The notes under the pieces were generated by a model. That model was not told the origin of the DNA. It ran no database searches and worked only from the letters and a program-made list of their open reading frames with translations. A stretch of 64,000 nt of DNA from Asterias rubens (lineage: Eukaryota), in the NCBI RefSeq assembly GCF_902459465.1, contig NC_047080.1:10788001-10852000 (forward strand). Direction: 5' to 3'. The position numbers and the translations under genes are program-made. This document shows positions 1-11,200 of this stretch, one piece after another (positions within the stretch are counted from its first letter, which is position 1; each line of letters begins with the position of its first letter).

Positions 1-945
1 CCAGCCAAACCACTATGTTGTGTAAAGTGCAACTGGTACCCTGCTCATTTCTGCTAAGCAGAAGCAGCTCTATGAAGTTAAGCCTAGAACAAGAGGCATG
101 TGATTGGTTGTTGCTTTTTTGGCAGGGCTCACTGGATCTGTGTACTATTATATTAAACAAAATAATATTGCAGATAATCAGAAATTTTAGATTGGCATCT
201 GAATTTAAACTTATCTATGTCTGAATGGTAAAAAAAAATTGCTGTAATTTTCATCAGATATAAAGAAATCCTGCTCTTTGATTTACTTCTCTAGTGCCGA
301 GAATACTTTTCACAAAAGCTCTTTTGTATTGTATAACTCCAGGGGTTATCAAAAGGTGGATATACCATCATTTTCAACAAAGAACTTGTTTTAACCCTTA
401 ACCCTCAGTAAAAAACAAACTATATTCTTTATCCCCGGTGCAAAAATACCATCTATTTTCACTATACCTTCTGAAATAGTATGAAAGGCTCGCTAGATCC
501 TTTTTGTTTTAAATTTAGAATTGGGTGCATTGCAACAATTAGGTGTGTTTGTTATCGTCTCTAGAGGGCTGTAACGAGCTGTTCTATTATGAAATAATCC
601 TGAATGTTATTTGTTTATTTAATCATCTGCAATAGTTGGATTTTAAAAAAACTCTTTGCAAAATTATTGCTTTCTTGTGAATAAACTCTTGACGCTTTCG
701 TATCAAAAACATTTTATTTTGCACAGTGGTTCCGATTTTTTCTTTCACAGATTTGTTTGTTTATAAAGCATACATTGTGTTCTGATTTCCTGAAGTGCTA
801 GCACTTGCATAAAAATAAGTCATACATGTTTTTTTCGTTTTTTTCCCGAAATATATTTCATGCAATCATGGCTATAAATTTAAATCCTAGTATTTTCGAG
901 TAATATGCCTGTGATTTGTTTTTCACAGAACTAAGGAAAGTACCG

Positions 946-948
<3 letters not shown>

Positions 949-987
<39 letters not shown>

Positions 988-990
988 TAT
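949..990. repeat. (ATT)n microsatellite, possibly the tail of a minus-strand retroelement
   Basis: Run of tattattatt..., followed by A-rich degenerate sequence to about 1500. Confidence 0.8.
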
Positions 991-2023
991 TCGGCCAAGA
1001 TTTCAACAAACAGTACAAGATACAATATTGAAATATAAATAAAGAAATATAACAATATAAGAAACAATGAATGTAAAGAACAATTGTAAACCAATGATTG
1101 AGTGAGACAGAGCACTGGCAATCAAGCAAGACAATTATAAAAACAGACAGGACAAGCCCATTCTAAGATGGCCAGGATTAATAAAAGTGAACCTAACCAC
1201 TGTGACTCGAAAGCCTATCAATCCAATCTTAAAATAGGAATAGAATCTTTAACAAACATTTAAAAACAGTAAAGATAAACTTTGGAAAATATAATGAATA
1301 TTAAGAACAAAATAAATATGTATATGTTAAGAAAGACCTATTTATATGTAGCAAGATTATTTGGAAGTGCACAATTGAGTTAAAAAAAAAAAAAGCTGAC
1401 CTAAAAACAATGAACAAATGAGGAAATAAAAATATAGAAATTAACACACATCGGTGTATATGGATCAAACCAAAATGAATATTCTCTATCCCCTATACAA
1501 ATTTAACATCTATTAATATTGTTTTGGCTTTCAAAACTTTATTTAAATACTAGAAAATTTAGGCTGTTCACAATGTGTCTAGGAGAGTTGACTTCACTTC
1601 AGAAAGAAATATTTTACAGAAATATTTGTTCCAAGTATGAACTTCATATTATGTTTTCATCCAATATGAATTTAGATATATTATATACAATTTAGTTTCA
1701 TTTCAAAAGGCTGTAGCACTTTTAGATATATCAACGAAAATCTAGAGCAGTTTGTTCATGTAGGAAGAATAATCATTGGAATACACAATATGAGAAACAT
1801 TTCATGTTGAAACGTTTTGTCTAAGAGTTTCGGTTTTCAGTTATTTCTTTTGACCCACCCACCCACAATTTCGAAAAAAGATCGATTTTGTTTTACATTG
1901 ACTATTATGAATGGCTCCTTCACGTCCGACACGTTCAATCAGAAGTACAAAACAGTAATGGTCAATTGTTTATAATGCAAACCTGCACACAGCTGATACA
2001 TAAACACTACAGCTGCAATGTGG

Positions 2024-2169
2024 GCGCAATTTCATAAAGCCTATAAGTACAAAAACGTGCTAAACACAGAAAAGTATTGCTTACCAGAACTAGGTTACCA
2101 GCCAAATTTACATTAAGTTCACATTGTTATGACTGGTGCCCCACTCAACAGCTTTATGAAATTGGGCCC
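2024..2169. mobile_element. Harbinger/PIF-like MITE (GGCCCAATTTCAT TIR family)
   Basis: ggcgcaatttcataaagc...gctttatgaaattgggcc inverted ends, followed by cag. Other copies lie near 13791-14037, 14735-14927, 43885-44133 and 59461-59699, with partial copies near 38780, 49345 and 62504. Confidence 0.7.
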
Positions 2170-2189
2170 AGGTGTGATAATGGTGTATG

Positions 2190-2470
2190 CTATTCTGATC
2201 TCATTCTAAAGTCCGTAAGCCAGTTTATAGCTAGGTCCTTGGCCAGGTGAATGGCTTTGATGCCACCATCAAGGTGAGAGAGTGGGCAGTCAGCTGTCAT
2301 GTGGCGCATCATCTGGGGTACACCACAGTTACAAAGCAGAGATGCAAGGTAGCCCCACTTGTGTAGGCTGCTGCGGCATAGCCCTGCGTCAGTACGGAAG
2401 CGGTTCAAGAGTCACCAATGGCCGTGAGGGAGGTCCCTTGTCCACAACATGCCACACATGATACAGAGAG
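2190..2470 (-). mobile_element. 5'-truncated non-LTR retrotransposon (LINE) ORF2 C-terminal fragment
   Basis: Translates as LPHGHW*LLNRFRTDAGLCRSSLHKWGYLASLLCNCGVPQMMRHMTADCP. This matches the W..LNRxRT...C...L.KW....S..C.CG..Q...H....CP end typical of LINE ORF2 and carries an internal stop. Confidence 0.75.
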
Positions 2471-2474
2471 AATT

Positions 2475-3725
2475 CTATGGTTTAGGTGAACGCGGCAGTG
2501 AGCTTTGGAGAACCATTGCAAGCTTGTTTCTGGCTGCTAGCATTTCTGTATCAATTTCCTCCTCGGGGTTCCTTGCTGGTGGTTTGTCACTAAAAAGAGA
2601 CCCACAAACAATTCCACCAGGTTGACGACTTTGTTGGGAACTTGGTGAAACTGCAAATTGAGGACAAGACTTGCGAACAGGCCCATACAGGCCAATAGGC
2701 CTCCCCCAAGGATCTATAGCGGAAGTCACTGCTGATTTTTGTTGGGAACTTGGCGAAAGTACAACAGAATGAGGGCGAGATCTGCGAACAGGCTTAAGCA
2801 GGGCGTTGGGCCTCCCCGATAAGCTAAAGTCAGAAGGAGCTGGGCCGTAAAGATCTTCAGTCGAATTCACTGCTGATTTTTGTTGGGAACTTGGTGAAAG
2901 TACAACAGAATGAGGGCGAGGTCTGCGAACAGGCTTGGGCAGGATGGTCGGCTTCCCTGACAAGCTCAAGTCAGAGGGACTTGGTAATGACCTTGTCTTG
3001 TTCAGCCTTGCTTGAGCATTCTGTATCTCATCAAGCACTGCTCCACCAGCTTTGTCGAGAGCTGCTGTCTCTTGATCAGGATTGGAAACAAGTCCGCTGT
3101 CACCTGGGCTGAGATTAGTCTTCAGAAGCCTCCTGGCTACCAATATTTCCTCTAGTGGAGACTTCAATTTGGTCTGACTGTTGTTGTCGCTGGGGTTTGG
3201 TTTTGAAATGGCAGTTGAAGAACTGCAGCTCAGCTCAGAGTTTCGCTGTTGGAGTTCGAGAACCTTTCTCTGGAGTTCGGCTTTTTCCTTCTGCTCTCTC
3301 TCCATAGCAGTTGAGAGGTTAACGATCCGGTGTCCAGTTGTTGGTTGATGCTTTGACTTGACGCACTGCCCACAAACCAACTCTCCACTGCATGTCTCGC
3401 AGGAGTATTCAAGAGCCTTTCCGGTATGTATAGAGCAGGTTGTTTTAGAGACATCACTGCCATCATCCACGGATGCTTCACTTTCTTCGACCAAATCCAA
3501 CAGAGCAAAATTTGTTGGCAGGGAAGCGACGCCATCACCAGATGCTGGGAGGGGGGTGCTTCTCCGACAGATAGGACATTGTACGGTTCCGCTTGGTACA
3601 AAAGACTGTTCTTGCTGGGTTCTAAACCAATCACTGATGCACTCCAAGCAGAAAGTATGTCCGCAAGTCAGGACTTTCGGCTGTTGGGTTTGGTGGAACT
3701 GCTCAGTACAAATTGTGCAGGACAT
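2475..3725 (-). CDS. TRIM-like RING-HC / B-box / coiled-coil E3 ubiquitin ligase with Ser/Pro-rich repeated C-terminus (416 aa, single coding exon)
   Basis: RING motif CTIC...LTCGHTFCLEC...CPIC, B-box CSIH...CETC...CGQC...H...H, then a heptad region. The ORF-track start at 3746 is GTG; the first ATG is at 3725, with an in-frame TGA upstream and a splice acceptor near 3782. Confidence 0.88.
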   Translation of the reverse strand: MSCTICTEQFHQTQQPKVLTCGHTFCLECISDWFRTQQEQSFVPSGTVQCPICRRSTPLPASGDGVASLPTNFALLDLVEESEASVDDGSDVSKTTCSIHTGKALEYSCETCSGELVCGQCVKSKHQPTTGHRIVNLSTAMEREQKEKAELQRKVLELQQRNSELSCSSSTAISKPNPSDNNSQTKLKSPLEEILVARRLLKTNLSPGDSGLVSNPDQETAALDKAGGAVLDEIQNAQARLNKTRSLPSPSDLSLSGKPTILPKPVRRPRPHSVVLSPSSQQKSAVNSTEDLYGPAPSDFSLSGRPNALLKPVRRSRPHSVVLSPSSQQKSAVTSAIDPWGRPIGLYGPVRKSCPQFAVSPSSQQSRQPGGIVCGSLFSDKPPARNPEEEIDTEMLAARNKLAMVLQSSLPRSPKP

Positions 3726-4344
3726 CTTGGACACCTTACGAGGCACAACAGCTCATTCGATTTCAGTGAGAGTAAAAATCTTGTGGACGAGAAGCAATTA
3801 CTAATAAAGTTGTTTGTCTCACTCCCTAGCACTTGAATGAAACTTTGGATGTCTATGCAATACACATAGCACGGAACGTTGAATGGTTGGATGCTGTGGT
3901 AATGTAATGGCACAGTCGAAGCACACATACAATTCAGCAAGCTTATACACATACAAGTTTGAGTTCTGGATGACTGCATATCTTGAAAGCCATGAAGTAC
4001 AATTCCATTTTTTCCCACTGTTTTGACAATGGATTTGTGACTCTCAGAACAAGCAATTAAAGCTTCCCATGGACTTTCCAGCTACACATAAATAGAATTC
4101 AATGTACTAGGCTCTTGATTGCTCAACATCGCGGGGGAATCCCAGTCTGGCACAGTGCCTGCTTATGCTCAAGGGCTATTAATAACTCTGACATAATAGA
4201 ATAGTATACACATAATGAATGTTTATGAGTGCAATGGTGCGAATATGTTCATGAGTTGAAAGATGGAATGTTCTATTCAACGAGGCGGAGCCGAGTTGAA
4301 TGGAACATTCCAGCTTTCAACGAATTCCAGCTTTCAACGAATAT

Positions 4345-6500
4345 AATAGGGAATATTTTTCTTTTCCAACCTGAGATTTTTTTGTAAGTATTGTAAAATT
4401 GAGTCCAATAATACTCAACAAAATGCAAAAATATGTTGTTTTGTAGCCTCATGTGCACTATAATGAAATTCATTAAAGTCATGGGACACTTTCGGTACAG
4501 AAAAAAAGAAAAAAGTTCACAGATTTACAAATAATTTACAGGGTTTACAGAAGGTAATGGTGAAAGACTTCTCTTGAAATATTATTCCATGAAATGCTTT
4601 ACTTTTTGAGAAAACATTAAAACAATATCAATTCTCTATAGCGAGAATTAGGGATTTATTTTAAACACACGTCATGACACGGCGAAACGTGCGGAAACCA
4701 GGGTGGGTTTTTCCGTTATTTTCTCCCGACTCCGATGACCGATTGAGCCTAAATTTTCACAGGTATGTTATTTTATATAGAAGTTGTGATACACGAAGTT
4801 TTGGACTTGGACAATACTGTTTACCGAAAGTGTCCAATGGCTTTAAAAGGCAGTCTTGAACACGGTATTGAAAAGAATCAAAGTACATTTTAATTTTAAT
4901 ATTTGTATACAACATCATGTGAGAAATGACTCCCTCTTAAGTAACATATTTTTTGAGAAAGAGGTTAGTTCTCACTCTTTCCAGCTACACATAAATAGAA
5001 TTCAATGTACTAGGCTCTTGATTGCTCAACATCGCGGGGGAATCCCAGTCTGGCACAGTGCCTGCTTATACTCAAGGGCTATTAATAACTCTGACATAAT
5101 AGAATAGTAGGGAATATTTTTCTTTTCCAACCTGAGATTTTTTTGTAAGTATTGTAAAATTGAGTCCAATAAAACTCAACAAAATGCAAAAATATGTTGT
5201 TTTGTAGCCTCATGTGCACTATAATGAAATTCATTAAAGTCATGGGACACTTTCGGTACAGAAAAAAAGAAAAAAGTTCACAGATTTACAAATAATTTAC
5301 AGGGTTTACAGAAGGTAATGGTGAAAGACTTCTCTTGAAATATTATTCCATGAAATGCTTTACTTTTTGAGAAAACATTAAAACAATTTCAATTCTCTAT
5401 AGCGAGAATGAGGGATTTATTTTAAACACACGTCATGACACGGCGAAACGTGCGGAAACCAGGGTGGGTTTTTCCGTTATTTTCTCCCGACACCGATGAC
5501 CGATTGAGCCTAAATTTTCACAGGTATGTTATTTTATATAGAAGTTGTGATACACGAAGTTTTGGACTTGGACAATACTGTTTACCGAAAGTGTCCAATG
5601 GCTTTAAAAGGCAGTCTTAAACACGGTATTGAAAAGAATCAAAGTACATTTTAATTTTAATATTTGTATACAACATCATGTGAGAAATGACTCCCTCTTA
5701 AGTAACATATTTTTTGAGAAAGAGGTTAGTTCTCACTCTTTCCAGCTACACATAAATAGAATTCAATGTACTAGGCTCTTGATTGCTCAACATCGCGGGG
5801 GAATCCCAGTCTGGCACAGTGCCTGCTTATACTCAAGGGCTATTAATAACTCTGACATAATAGAATAGTAGGGAATATTTTTCTTTTCCAACCTGACATT
5901 TTTTTGGAAGTATTGTAAAATTGAGTCCAATAAAACTCAACAAAATGCAAAAATATGTTGTTTTGTAGCCTCATGTGCACTATAATGAAATTCATTAAAG
6001 TCATGGGACACTTTCGGTACAGAAAAAAAGAAAAAAGTTCACAGATTTACAAATAATTTACAGGGTTTACAGAAGGTAATGGTGAAAGACTTCTCTTGAA
6101 ATATTATTCCATGAAATGCTTTACTTTTTGAGAAAACATTAAAACAATATCAATTCTCTATAGCGAGAATTAGGGATTTATTTTAAACACAAGTCATGAC
6201 ACGGTGAAACGTGCGGAAACCAGGGTGGGTTTTTCCGTTATTTTCTCCCGACACCGATGACCGATTGAGCCTAAATTTTCACAGGTATGTTATTTTATAT
6301 AGAAGTTGTGATACACGAAGTTTTGGACTTGGACAATACTGTTTACCGAAAGTGTCCAATGGCTTTAAAAGGCAGTCTTGAACACGGTATTGAAAAGAAT
6401 CAAAGTACATTTTAATTTTAATATTTGTATACAACATCATGTGAGAAATGACTCCCTCTTAAGTAACATATTTTTTGAGAAAGAGGTTAGTTCTCACTCA
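4345..6500. repeat. Near-identical tandem triplication, unit about 761 bp (third copy partial)
   Basis: The same sequence recurs at an offset of 761 (ORF-track hits 4674 and 5435, motif again near 6196). Each unit holds a family-A MITE, the start of a family-B MITE and a copy of 4075-4205. Confidence 0.92.
4477..4842. mobile_element. TTAA-flanked non-autonomous DNA transposon, family A (Kolobok-like; TIR AGCCATTGGACACTTTCGGTA)
   Basis: TIRs plus TTAA or near-TTAA flanks. Copies near 5238-5603, 5999-6364, 14064-14420, 25295-25621, 48734-49098 and 57618-57946. AG..CT termini with TTAA TSD fit Kolobok (RR..YY) rather than piggyBac (CCC..GGG). Confidence 0.8.
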
Positions 6501-8210
6501 AATTTTTGAATTTTAGTAAAACTTCAGGCCTGAAGCCTTTCTTTGGTATCTTATAGTACAACAATTTGTGCAACAAGGGTGTTTTTTCTTTGACCATTTT
6601 CTTGCACATTCGATGACCAATTGAGCCCAAATAATTTAAGCATATGTTGGGATACACTAGTGAGAATACTGGTCTAACTCTTTGACAATTACCAAATGTG
6701 TTTAGTGCCTTTAGTTAAGGAAAAAAGGAAATCAAATTATCATTGGGAGGAAACACAACAGAATGAAGTAACAATTGATACGTCTTCGCCATTTTATTTA
6801 TTTTAATTTTATTGAGCTTTGTTTGACTTTAAAATAAAAAATGAGATTGATAAGTCCAGCCTGAGGTTTTCTAAGGGGTTAACAAGGATAGTCATAACTA
6901 AGTCCTTTTCCCTTTATCTCATACCTTTGGTTCGAATCCCAATCTAAAAAGAAAATCTTCCCGCCAAATTGGAAACATTTTTCATGACTATTAGAACTGG
7001 TATGATTTGTAAAAAAAAAAGCAGACTAGTCCACAAATAACATCTGATAACTTGGCATATAATAATACTGCTGAGTTGCTCCTGTTCATTTCTTTCTGAA
7101 ATTTGGAAAACATATTTTTTTACTTTTATAAACTTATAAAATCTTAAGAAACTTAAAAGCTCTTTATATGAAAATAAATGCATACAAATTTTGTCATAAT
7201 ATTCTAAGAAATAATTAACCAAAATAATTTAATACAAAAATGTTCACAAAAGATTTAACCACAGGCAAAGCTGTGTTTTGAGAAAGCTGCAACAAGGAGG
7301 GACCAGTTTTCCTAATATTCAAGTGGTTGTTGGATGCCAATTTTTCTGTTCGAATGTATCACAACCAAATGATCAGTCTAGTCTTACTTTCCGTCGCAAG
7401 TTGTCGCAACTCTCTCAATAAAAGGCTCTATACACAGGGATTGAAAATCGCAAAACACCACTGACCAGAGTCCAGAATTATAGCGTTGGACCAGTAACCA
7501 ACACTACCAGGTTTTTGGGGGGATGGGGAACAAGCTGGGGAAAAGACATATTTTGACTCTTAGTTGTATGGAGTCATTCATTTTATGCGTTTGTATAAAT
7601 TTCATGCAGTTTCATGTTTACACTTTTTTAAAAGTGAGGGTCTATACTATTGTAATCATGTGATGTAAATTGGAAGAAGCCAAAGTCTAAAGTGTATAGC
7701 ACCAGTGCACATTGTAACTCTTGGTAGAAGAGCCATTTGAAACTGAAATATTTATAAGAGCTTTCACCCGGAGCTTGTGCTCTCTCTGGAACGTGGGTCC
7801 TGTCCGGCCTGCCATGGAAAAGCTGTCTAGCTTAAATAAAATAAATAATAAGCTGCCATTTTGAGAGTGCCATTTCCATAGGATGCAAAGCGCTTGGATG
7901 TCTCTAACATAGAACAAATCAAAATCAAAGATGTCAGAAAACAAATAAAATCACTGTGAACGAAACAAGTGAGTCTTCAACAGTTTCTTAAATGATTCAA
8001 GAGAGTTTGCATTTCTGCAGCTACATGTATCTGGTAGGAGTTCCACGGGGCTGAGTTCACATTCGAGAAGGCACCGTCTCCTGCTCCTACACTTATAGTG
8101 TTTGTTTGATCGATGCTCGAAGAGTAGAGAAAGTTGCGTGAGGTTGCAAGTTGGTTGATGCAGCAGAAATGTTAGATTGCAGACTTTCTAATGACATTGA
8201 TGGGTTGCTT

Positions 8211-11200
8211 TCATCTATGTGGCTGTTCATCGAGATGGACCTCACAATGCCTACCTCCATAACCTGTGACAAAATTGGAAAGAACTTTGAGTTCAAATTC
8301 TCCAGAGCAGGATATATATGACTTGCCGAATAACATGCCATCACATTACTGAGCTATTCTAGCCTTTTTTGTGCTTGTTTAAAAAAAGTTGCCTTTATCA
8401 TGCGACTGCCATCTTGATCATGTTCCCTGTATCCAATTACAGTAATGGATGCCTAAAGTCATTGTGCAAAAAGGAACCAGACTATCTGTTCTTTGAGCCT
8501 CGATTTTGTTGCATATTGAGCTAAATGGGAGAAAATCAAGATGGCCGCTTCATGATAACGGCCTATTGGAACCCATGGCTGTAACTGCAATCCTTACCTG
8601 GTAAACATATACACTTGAATCCTCCCCTCTCTCGTAAACACGTCCCAGCTTCCGAGCACGGGTTTCCCGCACAAAAGTCAATGTCAATCTCACATAGTTC
8701 TCCGGTGAAGCCCTTCTCACACTGGCACACAAATCTTTCGTGAGTGCCGTCGAACAGTACACACTGACCACAGTTGTGGCAAGGTTGCGAGTGGCACGGG
8801 CCTTCTGGTATCTCACAGAATTTGCCGACCCAACCGTCCTCGCAGTGGCACCAGAAGTCATCACCGGCTCCGACATTACTGATGCATGTTCCCCCATTCA
8901 CACACAGATCATGCTTACATGGGTTCTTCACTTCCTTACAGCCCTTGCCGGTGAACCCTGGCTGGCACACACACAGGTACCCGCTGATCATGTCCAGGCA
9001 GGTGGCCTTATTCTCACAGGGATTGACGGGCTCACAGTCATTGATGTTCTTCTCGCAGTGTTCTCCTGCAAATCCGACGGAGCATCGGCAGTGGTACGAC
9101 TCCAGCCCGTCGATGCATTGACCATGTTGGCACGGCCCACTGGCACAATCGTCTATATTTGTTTCACAAGTTGTTCCTGTGAAACCAGAGCGACAGGCAC
9201 ACATAAACTCACCCTCTTTCGAAAAGCAAGTACCCTGGTTCTCGCACGGCTCATTCAAGCAAGCGTCTATCCATACATCACATCTGTGGCCTGTTCTTGT
9301 CACTGGGCAGATGCATTTGTACATCCCCACACCATCAATACATACACTGCGATTGCCTGGTATTTCTTCACTATCGCCGACGCAAGGTGAACTTGCACAC
9401 TCATTTATATCATCTTCACACAGTGTTCCATTGAACCCCGGTGGACAATCACAGATAAACCATCCCACCAGGTCCTGGCAGGTACCGCCATGCATGCACG
9501 GGTTTGAGCCACACTCATCTACTTCTGCTTCGCAGAACGTCCCTGTGTATCCCGCCAAACACATGCACGCAAACGCATCCTCTAAATCCTGACACGTTGC
9601 ATTGTGCTGGCACGGGTTGCTGCTGCATTCATCCGTGTGGTTTTCGCATTGTACGCCTGTGTACCCCGCTCGGCATTGACACCAAAACCCGTCGATTTGA
9701 TCCACGCACTCTGCGCCATTCAAGCAAGGACTACTGCTGCACTCGTACAATTCAACATCGCAAAGAAATCCAGTCACCCCTGGTGGGCACTCGCATTTAA
9801 ATCCCTCCGAGGAAGCCATACACGTGGCGAAGTTCATACAGGGGTTGCTCCAGCACGCGTCAATCCAGATCTCACAGTGTTCCCCGGTTCTTAATGGAGG
9901 GCAAATGCACCTGTAACCATTCACCAAATCGGTGCAGGTACTCCCTTGGGATCCGCCCTCCTCACTGAGACATGGTGAGCTCTCGCATTCGTTCACATTG
10001 TCCTGGCAAAGTGCCCCCTCGTACCCGGCTGTGCATTCGCATATGAACCCATTAACTTCATCAACGCATTCACCATTGTGCATGCAAGGCGAGGACACAC
10101 ACTCATCTTTTTCGACTTGGCAGTGCAGGCCGAGGTAACCCGCCGCACATTGACACAAGTACCCATTGACCAAATCCACGCACAGTCCGTTATTAAGACA
10201 TGGTTCACTGTAACATTCCGAGGTGTCAGTTTCGCAATGAGTGCCTGTAAATCCAAGCAAGCAGCGGCACTTAAATCCGTTAATTTCGTCTTCGCACAGA
10301 CCGCCATTTTGGCATGGATTGCTCTCGCATTCATACAGATTCACATCGCATAGAGTTCCGGATATCCCAGGCGGGCATAGACATGAGAATCGTCCCTCTT
10401 CATCTATACAAGTTGCATTTCTTGCACAAGGCTCGGACTCGCATTCATTCCTCCCCACGCTACACGTCTTCCCTTCAAACCCTGGTGGACACACACACTC
10501 AAATCCATTCGGCAAATCCACACATGTAGCATTAGGATGCACGCAAGGATTCTGCACACATTCATCATTATCGACCTCACAGTTGACCCCGAGGTAGCCT
10601 GGTGCACAGACGCATTGGTACCAACCATCCCTGTCGACACACCGTCCGCCATTTTCACACGGCAAACTAAGGCACTCGTCCACATTACTCTCACATCGAG
10701 CTCCGGTAAATCCATCTGCGCAATCGCAGATGAACGAGGTTTTCTCATTTTGGCATGTTCCATTATGGAGGCAGGGGGCCGAGAGGCAGTAGTCTACATC
10801 AAGCTCACAGAGTCGCCCTTCGGTTCCGATAGAACACTGGCAAACAAAGCTGTCTATCCGATCGACACATGTACCGTTTTGTTGGCAGGGAGAACTGGCA
10901 CATTCATTTATTTCGGTTTCGCAATCTTGGCCACTGTAACCTGATAAAGATAAAAGCAAAGATTATTTTACAAACTACCCTGCCTCATTCTCTAATGAAT
11001 TACTTTTTCTCTATTGTCCCACCTTTGATTTCATCTGTGTCCATTAATCCTTAGAAGTCTGATTTCAGATTTAATGTTTTTTTTTTATTGATTTCTAATC
11101 AACGTGTGCATTTTAGATGAAGTAGTTTTGCTGGATATTTGCCTACTATAACCACCTTTACAATGAGTTATCTTTTTGCTTGAAATTACATTAACATTTC

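Noticed and set aside
392-6882. TTAA-CCC...GGG-TTAA ends that might make the TRIM gene piggyBac cargo
   Set aside because: Inverted similarity beyond the first few bases is poor, and such motifs are common in AT-rich DNA.
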